Of a stretch of 64,000 nt of DNA, positions 39,423-50,030 are shown piece by piece. Both the position numbers and the translations under genes were made by a program. The stretch is taken from assembly GCF_006345805.1 (NCBI RefSeq), contig NC_043020.1, positions 18,476,001 to 18,540,000 on the forward strand, given 5' to 3'. The DNA is from Octopus sinensis (lineage: Eukaryota). The notes beneath the pieces were generated by a model. That model worked only from the letters and a program-made list of their open reading frames with translations. It made no database searches and had not been told where the DNA came from. Numbering within the stretch: the stretch's first letter is position 1; each line of letters starts with the position of its first letter.

Positions 39423-39905
39423 AAGGTGGCGAGCTGGCAGAAACTTTAACACACCGGGCGAAATGCTTAGCAGTATTTCGTCTGCCGCTATGTTTTGAGT
39501 TCAAATTCCGCTGAGGTTGACTTTGCCTTTCATCCTTTCGGGGTCGATTAAATAAGTACCTATTTCTTTATTACCCATAAGGGGCTAAACATAGAGGAGA
39601 CAAACAAGGACAGATATAGGTATTAAGTCGATTACATCGACCCCAGTGCGTAACTGGTGCTTAATTTATCAACCCCGAAAGGATGAAAAGCAAAGTCGAC
39701 CTCAGCAGAATTTGAACTCACAATGAAACGGCAGACGAAAAACCGCTAAGCATTTTGCCCGGTGTGCTAATGGTTCTGCCAGCTCACCACCTTTAAATAA
39801 GTACCAGTTACACACTGGGGGCAATATAATCGACTTAATCCATTTGTCTGTTCTTGTTTGTCCCCTCTGTGTGTGGCCCCTTGTGGACAATAAAGAAATA
39901 AGATA
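39423..39905. mobile_element. SINE family 2: antisense copy (39561-39792) nested in a sense copy
   Basis: 13-bp TSD TTAAATAAGTACC at 39548-39560 and 39793-39805; core GTCGACTTTGCCTTTCATCCTTTCGGGGTCGAT..AAGTACC. Confidence 0.85.
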
Positions 39906-40329
39906 TGTGATTAGAATGTCACAAGAAAGAATTGCCAAAATGGATTCTTCAAACTTAGCTAACCAGCAAGAGACCTGAGGGTAGACCAAGATTGAAATGG
40001 CTGGTTAACGTCCATAGTCACAGTTGGTCATCTTTGGGATTCCAGCCAGAGAGTGTAATGATGGTTACTCCTGATAGGATCTTAAGGAGGAAGTGCCTGA
40101 AGACTCTACCCTCTCAAGAGCAGTGGGTGAAGATGGATAGAGAGTAATAGAACAATGGTTAACTGAGTTATTTCATTGAGGAAAATTTTACATGATTTTC
40201 CAGAAATTGCAGAACCCACACCATAAATTTTATAGACTGCTTCCCACCATAATTTTGGTATGACATTAAATGCAACAAAACTGTTTCAGATATAGAATTT
40301 ATATGTATATGTATGTATGTATGTCATTA

Positions 40330-41300
40330 TTATTATTAAAGTGGGTAGCTTGCAGAATTGTTAGTATACCAGACAGAATGTTTAGCAGTATTTCATGACT
40401 TTACATTTTGAGTTCAAATTCCACTGAGGTTGACTTTGCCTTTCATCCTTTCAGGGTTGATAAATTAAGTACCAGTGAAATACTGGTTTTCAAGTAATCC
40501 ACTAGTCCCTTCCCCCAAATTTCAGGCATTGTGCCTATAGTAGAAAGGATTATTATTAAGGCAGCAAGTTGGCAGAATCATTGGCATGCTGGGCAAAATG
40601 TTTAACATTTTGTCTATCCTTACGTTCTGAGTTCAAATTCTGCTGGGGTCAACTTTGTCTTTCATCCTTTTGAGGTCAATAAAAAAAGTACCAGTGAAAC
40701 ACAGGGATCAATGTAATCAGTTAGTCCCCCTCCCCACAAATTTCAGGCCTTGTGCCTATAGCAGAAAGGATTATTATTTTGAGCAAATTTCACCAATATC
40801 AACTTTGCCATTTATCCTTTTGAGGTTGAGAAAATAACTATCAGATGAACGCTGGGGTTGATGTAATTGACTTAACCCCACCCCCAACATTGCTGGCCTT
40901 GTGCCAGAATTTAAAACCATTATTACTTATTTTGAAAATAGTGATTAAATTTTAATAAAAGACACTTTTGTCTTGCAGAACTCCAGAATTTTTTTTTATA
41001 GAAATCTGGTGTTTCGCCTAACCTACTTAGGATACCACTGTCTTTTAGTTATCACCAAAATATACTATGGAATTCTATACTAGTATTTACAGTATTCTAG
41101 TTGTGAAATAGTATAATGACAATGTGTAACTGTCAGTTTTATTTGGAGAAATATTTTAATTAATTGATATTGTTAATTACACTGCTTTACAAGATTGTTG
41201 TGGATGTTGTAGCTGTTTGTATTTGCTTTCAATGAGTCTTGTTTTTTTAATTGTTGTCACTATGATGTTTTTAGCATTATTTCCATTATTATTTATGTTG

Positions 41301-41336
<36 letters not shown>

Positions 41337-41430
41337 TTCTTTATTTTTCTTCTTTCTTAAACTTTTCTTGATTTTCTCGCTGAGTGTTTTCCGTACACCT
41401 GGGTCAGAGAAGCTCATTGTATGCATTCCC

Positions 41431-41461
<31 letters not shown>

Positions 41462-43060
41462 GCAGCAAGCTGGCAGAATCCTTAGCACAGAAGGCAAAAT
41501 GCTTAGTGGCATTTCATCTGCCCTTATGTTCAAATTGCCCCAAGGTCAGCTTTGTCTTTCATCCTTTTGGGGTTGATGAATTAAGTACCAGTGAAATACT
41601 GGGGTCGATGTAATCAACTAGTTCCTTCCCACTAAATTTCAGGTCTTGTGCCTATAGTAGAAAGGATTATTATTAAGGCAGCAAGTTGGCAGAATTGGTA
41701 GCACTGAAGGCAAAATGCTGAACAGTTTTTCGTCTCTCCTTATGTTTTAAGTTCAAATTCCACCAATTGGTAGAAAGGGTTATTGGGTGAGAGAGCAGTG
41801 CATTCCATCAAAGTGACACTGGGATACGAACATATGAAGCCTAATATACCCATCATGACTACCTGTCTGATTAAGGATACATCAAGTACCTGCATCACAG
41901 CCATACATGCATGCAACATAGTGATCACATTATTGAGATAAACAGTGCATGGCTTTGCAGGTGGGGCCCAGTTCGAATTGTCTTCAGGTTGAGTAGCCTA
42001 TCCCATTCAAAAGGTCCCTGAATAAGAGTTGTTTAAGGTGATGAATGATACACCCATGTTTCTAGAGGTGAATTATTCAAACCTCAATCCCTATCAACAC
42101 ATGGCTATAATGACCCCACCTGTTTGTGATCAGAGATGCACATTTTGTTAGCCACTAAGAAACATGCTCAACTATTTAAGGTGAAACAGCTGACAAATAA
42201 ATCTGTGGTATTGAGCAAAGTGTTTGCTATAGCCCATCATTTACACCAAGAGGAAACATATTATTATAAAGCTTTAGAGGCATTTCTTCTGTGTCTATGT
42301 TCTTAGTCCAAATTCCACCAAAGTCTGCTTTGCCTTTCATCATTTCAGGGTTGGTGTAGTGTCCCTTCCCTTTAACTATCAGGCCTTGTGCTTTTAGTAG
42401 AAAGGATTATTACTACTGAGGCGGTGAGCTGACAGAATCCTTCCCTTCCAAAATTGTAGACCTTGTACCTGAATTAGGAACAATGAGCTGGCAGAATCAT
42501 GCTCACACCAGACCAAATGCTTTGTAGCATTTCTCTTGACTCTTTACATTCTGAGTTCAAATTCCTCTGAGATTGACTTTAATTTTCATCCTTTTGAGGT
42601 TGATAGAATGAGTACCTGTTGAGCATTGAGTCCATTGAAATAAACTAGCTTCTTCCCACAAAATTTCGGGCCTTGTGTCTATAATAGAAAGAATTATTAT
42701 TATTAAGGTTGTGAGCTGGCAGAATTGTTAGCAGGCTGGGCAAAATGCTTAGCGATATTTCGTCCATTGCTATGTTAGTTCAAATTCCGCTGAGGTCAAA
42801 TTTGCCTTTCATCCTTTTGGGGTCGATGAAATAAGTACCAGTTATGCACTGGGGTTGATGTAATCGACTAGTCCCCTCACCCCAAAATTCAGGCCTTGTA
42901 TCTTTAGTAGAAAAGATTATTATTATTATTAAGGCAGTATGCTAGTAGAATTATTTGCATGCTGGGCAAAAATGCTTAGCGGCATTTCAACCATGTTCTA
43001 GATTCAAATCAACCAAGGTTGAATCTGCGTTTCATCCTTTTGGTGTCAATGAAATAAGAA
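40330..43060 (+). mobile_element. Cluster of about 10 same-orientation SINE family 2 units
   Basis: Repeated ~210-bp unit ATTATTAAGGC..GAGCTGGCAGAAT..GAGTTCAAATTC..CTTTCATCCTTT..AAGTACCAG..GGCCTTGTGCCTATAGTAGAAAGG, interspersed with other repeats. Confidence 0.8.
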
Positions 43061-43490
43061 TTCCTTTCAACACATGGCTATGATGCTCCCCCACTACTTC
43101 TGCTCATGATCAGAGATGCACATATCATCAGCCACTAAGGGACATTGTCAGCTGGTTAAGGTCAAACAAGTGACAAGTAAATCTGTGGTATTGAGCAGAA
43201 TATTTGGTGTAGCCCATCTTTTATACCAAGACAAAACAATGTACATGATAACACTTCCAATCAGTTAAGATATTATTATTATTATTATTATTATTATTAT
43301 CATTATTATTATTATTATTATTATTATTGCTTGTATATGTTAAGTATGTAAGTTTTATTTTATGTTGAAATTTAAAATACTTTTACATCTGTCTATATTT
43401 GCACCATTTTTGATGTGCTGCATCTTTGGAAGTAAAGTCTTTATTTTGTTTTTGTTTTGTTTTCTTTCTCTTCAATGTTCCTGATTTTAG

Positions 43491-43556
43491 ATTCACATAG
43501 ACATTCCCCGAATGAACCCTTTAGTCCCTCTGTTTCAACTGAAGGTAGTTCAGGAA
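43491..43556 (+). CDS. TBC1D22: TBC1D22 exon 7A (arginine-finger exon, ancestral-like): IHIDIPRMNPLVPLFQLKVVQE
   Basis: Long pyrimidine tract + TAG acceptor, GTAAGT donor, 66 nt, phase 0-0; closely matches TBC1D22B IHIDIPRTNPLIPLFQQPLVQE. Confidence 0.95.
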
Positions 43557-43982
43557 GTAAGTATGCCCCCAACAAAGAGCCAGTTCAACAAAATGCAGCA
43601 ATTTGGGGCCTTTCAATCATATTTTCACCAGGTCTGTAGACAAGCAAGTTCAATAGTTTAGTAAAAGTCTAATAAAAAAGCAGCTAAATATTTACACAGC
43701 AAGCTTGAATTTCCAGTTTCTTTGTTACTGAAATATTGAAGTTTCAGGGCTTTTTGTTATGCTACACACACACACACACACACACACAAGGTTAGACGTA
43801 CAACAGCTGCATGTGTATTTACGGTTCCACATAGACTATCAGCCCCCAGTCAACTGCCAGAAATGCGACATGGTTGCTACTGAACTTAGTGGTATTATTA
43901 GTTATGATATACAGAGGAAATATTAGAAAAAGTATGGTAAACTGCATCATGTGTGTTTATCATACTTTTTTCTTCCTCTCTT

Positions 43983-44019
<37 letters not shown>

Positions 44020-44058
44020 TATATATATATACTTTATTTCAAAGCAGCAGAAATTCAA

Positions 44059-44107
44059 CAAAACCTGTTACTCGGAGTTTCACGTTCCCGTTCGTCGGAC
44101 AGTTTTG
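44059..44107 (-). ncRNA. Minimal type I hammerhead ribozyme motif (Penelope-associated type)
   Basis: Minus strand CAAAACTGT-CCGACGA-ACG(GGAA)CGT-GAAA-CT(CCG)AG-TA-ACAGGTTTTG: stems I, II and III and a GUA cleavage triplet are present; the core has U4C. Confidence 0.6.
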
Positions 44108-46068
44108 TTAAAATTCCACCTTTTTTCCACCTTGTTTCACATTTATGTGTTTACTCCGGTATTATATATACTACTAATATAGGATGAAGTTTTTTTACAG
44201 AAAAAAATTTCATCAAAAAGTGGCAGCGTATTAGAATACCTTTAAAGTTTAAAATTATAAACAACTTATAAACAAGGGCAAAAGAAAATTAGTTCCATGC
44301 CAATATGCTGATAACAGACTTTTAAATCGTCCCACTACAGAAATACATTGTGCTGAAATCGAGGAAAGCTAGTCAACAGAATTTTAAAAAAAGTTTGTTA
44401 TTTCTATATTGAATCAATTTCGGAATTAATCTCATGGAATGATGTTGAGGTGAATATAGGTGTAGATATTTATGAATATACTCAGAAAGAATTCCTGGAG
44501 TAATTTAGCTACAGGGAAGAACGTTGCCCTTCTCACTTTTAAAAAAAATATATCTTAATATATCTCTTAGTCATTTTGTACCATATTAGCTATACTGAAA
44601 ATAGTTTTAGAACATTTTTATTTTTAACTAAAGTGTTACATGCTGGCATCACATAAAAAGCACCCATGCTGGGGCCATATAAAGCACCCAACACACTCTG
44701 TAAAGTGATTGATGTTAGGAAGGGCCATCCAGCTGTAGAAACCATGCCAAAATGGACAACTGGGACCTGGTGCAGCTCTAGCCTGCCAGCTTCTGTCAAA
44801 CTGTCCAACACATGCCAGCATGGAAAATGGATGTTAAACGATGATGTTGTGACAGCTATTCACTGGAAATTCACTTACAAAAATATTTTAAGTAAAATAA
44901 TAAAAACATTAATTTTGATCAACTAAATTCCTGTTTGATTTTAGCTTTTAATTTTAATGTGTATTTTTTTTTTTCAAGTTGATATGAAACTGTGTATAAA
45001 TGAAAACCCAGTTAAGATGTTACTTTGGTAGAATTTGGTTGAAGGGAAAGACACAAGTTGCTGCATTTTGCTGTCTAACTAGCTAAATATTTTTCTGCTG
45101 TACCCCTTGATCCCTACCCAGCATGCTGCACTATGGATGTCTTAGCACCCTGCCCTTGCTAGTTCAGATGCTACATTTGAATCAAGGTGGCTGTGCAATT
45201 TCTTTTGACATTTTAACATTTATATTTGGGTGTATTTTGTTGGCTTTTTCTGTTGTTTTAATTTTTGTTTTTCATTGCTGGGGCTTTGTTTTATCTTCTC
45301 TCTTAATAACTAACATGTGTTTGTCTTTTTTTCAGGCCATATGAGAAAAGTTAACATTTTCGAGAAACCAGACGGGCTTTGTCTAAACTTAGAATCAGAT
45401 TTTGGTTTTTAAAAAAATTATCTGTTACCCCTGATATTGTTAGTAACACCTTTCCATCTTTTGGTATTGATTAACAGAGCTGTAAATATTTTACAGTTTA
45501 TGTATGTTGTTACAGCTAGCATAATACTGGAAATTGAATGTAGCTGTTTAGCACTGGTGATTTATATATGCTTATGATTAATTAATCATTCGTCAAGACT
45601 AATAATTGGTCCTTAAATTTGTTGATGTAAACTTTTAAAAACACATTGTTATAAATCAATACGCTGATACTTCTTCAGCTTGTACATCATTCCATGTCAT
45701 GCTCTATAATTTTATCTGTGGCTACTCGTTTCAAAGAGCAGGCTTCCACTGTAATTTGTGCAGATGTGTGGATTTTTAGATTTATCTAACCTATGTTGAT
45801 ATACAAATGAGGAATGAATTGTTTTTTAAAATGTTCGTAAAAAAAGAAATTCTTAAAAAAAATTCTTTAAAAAAAAACAGCAAGCAAACAAACCTTTCTT
45901 TCCCAAATAAATAATAATAAAATATTTTCTAATTTTGTAAGTTTTAGTCTGGTTTGTCGTTTCCATGTTGACTTCACTCCTACTCAACGAGTGTAACACC
46001 GTAGCTCTTTGATGGTTAGTAGTAGATTACTGTCTTCTTCAAAAACACCCTGCTCCCTGTTTTTGCAG

Positions 46069-46134
46069 ATTCTTAAAGATATCCCTCGAATGACTTCTGT
46101 TGCACACTTGTTCCAGCAGAATGCCGTGCAGGAA
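46069..46134 (+). CDS. TBC1D22: TBC1D22 exon 7B (duplicated, divergent arginine-finger exon): ILKDIPRMTSVAHLFQQNAVQE
   Basis: TTTTTGCAG acceptor, GTGAGT donor, 66 nt, phase 0-0, open frame; 12/22 aa identical to 7A including D-x-x-R. Confidence 0.88.
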
Positions 46135-47569
46135 GTGAGTATCAGTTAGTCAACTTTACAGCTGCCATCTCTTATTCATCTTTTTTTAAATATATTTTCT
46201 TACCTGTTTCTTTCACTTGACTTCACATCCAGCTCTGCAAACGGACCAGAAAATTTTCACCTGTTTCTGTCTGTCTATCTCACCTGTTTCTGTCTGTCTA
46301 TCTCACCCTTTCTTTCCACCTGTTTCTTTTTTGGTTGTTCTTTAATATACTCATTCAATGGAGACAGTTGTTTAGAAGGAAAACCAGCAACTCTGTCATG
46401 CTGCCAATATATATCATTATTTATCCCTAGAACTGATGGAAAGGTTAAGGAAAGCCAACCTTTCATTATCTCTTTATTTCTCTTAACATCTTAAATAATC
46501 TAAGAAATTTAGCTGTTTATTTTTTTTTTAAATCAATGTTCTTTATTTTCTGATTGCATCATCTCTTTTAAAGACAGTTTTATAATAAAAAAAACCCATA
46601 ATAATCAGCATAAGTTTAATCATTCAGATTACCCTGTCAAATGTAATGTTTGTTTATTCACATGGTTTTGAATTAATCCTGCATTATTTCTTAGCTTTGA
46701 GATTTTGATGATGTGACTGTAGAGTAAGTGTGAGGCCAGATCTGGTTGGTTTGACCATAAGATTTGGACTGGATATGGCTGGTTTAAATGTTAAATGGTT
46801 AAATCTCATTTTGCATTACCTTGTGGCTCTTGACAAATTACTTATCCTTTGACTAACCTAGTTTAAATATAGGGAGTCACTCTCGCTTCATGGTTGAATG
46901 CTTAATGTTAAGAACAAGCAACTGAGTCTATAAAAGGATCTAAAGAAAGGCCAGTCTTTTGATTATATGACTACAGTCACTGAAACTTCAGGCCACAAAG
47001 TCTGGTAAAAATATTTCTTGGGCACACACACACACACACACACCAGTCTGTCACTGTGGTTGATAATAGGAAGAGTTTCTGGTTTTGTCCTCAGTCAAAG
47101 CAGTCTAGCTAGAAACACTGGCAAAAGTGACTTCAGTGCCTACAAAGTGAACGTTTGTTCTGTAAGAGCAAACCTGTGCAAAAGCCAGTTGAAGCCTGCA
47201 AAAACTGATGTAAATTGTATTGATGATGAATTATTGAGTAATTTCCAGTAATTAAATTAGGCTGAAATGAAATTATTTTGATTAACATTTGAAGGGATTC
47301 CAGCCATGACCATCCTTATTGTTCCAGCTATTATTCCTATGATTAGATTGTCCAATGTGTCCCTTTGTTCTAGCTATTGTTCTAGTTGAGAGAAATTTAG
47401 TTGCTATTCCCAGCTTGTTGAATGGCCCTGCAGAGTCTCCTTTATTGGTTCAACTGCCATGTTTTATTCTGTTTCTGACAGTATTTAGCCTTTAAACAGA
47501 AGGAAAGGGATGCATGAAAGGGATGGGGATGCATGAAAAAAACCCTAAGCAAGCAAAAAAAACCCAAAA

Positions 47570-47888
47570 TCTACTGGTGGCACGTAAAAAGCACCATCCA
47601 AATGTTGTGGATGCCCCCCCTTCCCCCGACTGGCTCCTGTGCCAGTGGCACATAAAAAAACCCCACTTAAATGTGGTTGATGCAAGTGCCGCCTGACTGG
47701 TCTCTGTGCTGGTGGCATGTAAAAAGCACCCACTACACTCTTGGAGTGGTTGGCGTTAGGAAGGGCATCCAGCTGTAGAAACCTTGCCAGATCAGATTGG
47801 AGCCTGGTGCAGCCTTCTGGCTTGCCAGTCCCCAGTCAAACTGTCCAACCTATGTCAGTATGGAAAATGGATGTTAAATGATGATGAT
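47570..47888 (+). mobile_element. Isolated RTE LINE 3'-UTR fragment with (GAT)n tail
   Basis: Homologous to 36858-37200. Other copies at about 19910-20080, 29855-30020, 34000-34135, 34780-34970, 44640-44845, 54380-54690 and 59400-59520. Confidence 0.8.
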
Positions 47889-48374
47889 AAATTTTTAGTC
47901 TCTTGCACAATAAAATTGACAATCTCATTGAAAAGTGCTGTTAAATATTCACTTTCCTTTGCATCTGGCATTGAGCATAAAATTCATTTGAAACTCCTGC
48001 ATTCTACAAATATATATCAGTTGATGATATCCAGTGTTCTATAATGAAGCAACAATCGATGATGTTTGCTGTTTAAGAGTGATGGGGGAGTTTGTAGAAG
48101 AATTCAACAAGTTGACTTCTAGTGAGTAGTGAAGGAGTCTAACATTTTGAAAAGTTGCCCTTTTTTGAATAGAGATAATATATGAACCTGTTATTGGCTT
48201 AGATTACAAAATCGATTCCTTTAGAATGGCATCAGGGTCAGAGTTACAATTAGTTTTGTTTTTTATACTCTTTGCACTATTTCTTTTCTCTCTCCTTCCT
48301 TGACTCCTTCTGTCTCAATATTACTTGGCTTTTATCTAATCTATTTCATTCATTCTATCAACATATTTATCTAA

Positions 48375-50030
48375 TCTAAGGTGGTGAGCTGGCAGAATCA
48401 TTAAAACACCAGGCAAAATGCTTAGCAGCATTTTGTCTGTCTTTACATTTTGAGTTCAAATTCCACCAAAGTCAACTTTGCCTTTCATCCTTGCAAGTTT
48501 AATAAAACAACTACCAGTCAAGCACTGGGGTTGATGTAATCAACTTAATCCCTTCCCTGGAATTGCTGACCTTTTACCAAAATTTGAAACCTATGTTATT
48601 TGGCTTTTAACCTATTTCATAAGATCATTCAATATATTTATCCAATCTAAGGCAGTGAGCTGGCAGAATCATTAGCATGCTGGACAAAATGCTTAATGCT
48701 TAGCAGCATTTTGTCCTGAGTTCAAATTGCACTGAGGTTGACTTTGCCTTTCATCCTTGTGGGGTTGATAAAATAAGCACCAATTGAGCACTGGGAAGTT
48801 TGATGTAATTGACTTCCACGTCTGCCCTTGAAATTACTGGCCTTGTGCCAAAATATTTATCTAATATGTCAACCAGTTTTGTTTGTTTAATCATCTTTTT
48901 TCACAATAACTTCTGGCAGGTAAGTTAAAGAATTCTTCATTGTATTGTGTTACACAAAGGAAGCTTTGAAATCCTATTACTATTCATATTTATATATTTT
49001 GGTTTAAGGTAAACTTTTTTTTTATTGTCATCAAATATGTTAGCAAAAAAATAAAAAAGAAAATCAATGTTTCATAAAGTACGATAATTAGGCTGATTTG
49101 TTTTATTTTCCTATTTTCATGTGTTAATTAAAAGTGGGTCACTATTTCCTTTTACCTTAATTGGAGGACAGTGGTGGGATAGAGATGTCCATTTTGTAGG
49201 TTAGATAGAAGGGTGTAGCTTTTCAGTGCTTCTTTCCTGATCATGTGGTGGTGGTGGTGACAGTGACCGTTGTGGCCAATGAGAAAATGGTTGCCAATCA
49301 TACCTTGCATCCTCTGACTACAATGGTGAATTGTATCACCTTTCCTCACAGCTGAAAGGATTGGCTCTGAGAGATTTTAGGATCTCCATTAATACAGTAC
49401 AACTCATAAGCCTTTAATCAGTGTAAAACATGAGAGCTAAGTCCTAGTGGCTAATCTTAAGTACCAGATTGCATCTCTCTGCCTGACTCCACCTCTTTCA
49501 CCAGTGATGAAACCAATATTGTATCCTGGAAAGATGATTTACCAATCAGAAACATGCCCTGGCTCTGTTTCAGGTATTATTATTCTTCTGGCAGTGAGCT
49601 GGCAGAAATGCTACCATGCTTAGCAGCATTTTGTCTGTCTTCATGTTCTGAGTTCAAATTACTAGGTTGACTTTGCCTTTCATCCTTTCAGGGTTGATAA
49701 ATTAGGCACCAGTGAGGGTCAATGTAATCGACTAGTCCCCTCCTCCAAAATTTCAAGCCTTGTGCCTTTAGCAGAAAGGATTATTTTTATTATTATTAAG
49801 GCAATGAGCTGGCAGAATCGTTAGCATACCGGGGAAAAAAAATTCTTAGCTGCATTTCTTCTGAGCCTGAACATTCTGAGTTCAAATGTGGCCATGATCA
49901 ACTTTACCTTTCATCCTTTTGAGGCCGATAAAATAAGTACCAGTTGAACACTGGGGTGGATGTAATCAACTTACCCACTCCTCGAAAATTGTTGGCCTTG
50001 TGCCAAAATTTGTAACCATTATTATTAAAT
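48375..50030 (+). mobile_element. Two head-to-tail pairs of SINE family 2 (about 48375-48860 and 49585-50030)
   Basis: Same unit as in 40330-43060. Confidence 0.75.

Noticed and set aside
45123-45186. Possible third copy of exon 7 (MLHYGCLSTLPLLVQMLHLNQ)
   Set aside because: No DxxR motif, no in-phase AG acceptor, and the donor would be phase 1.
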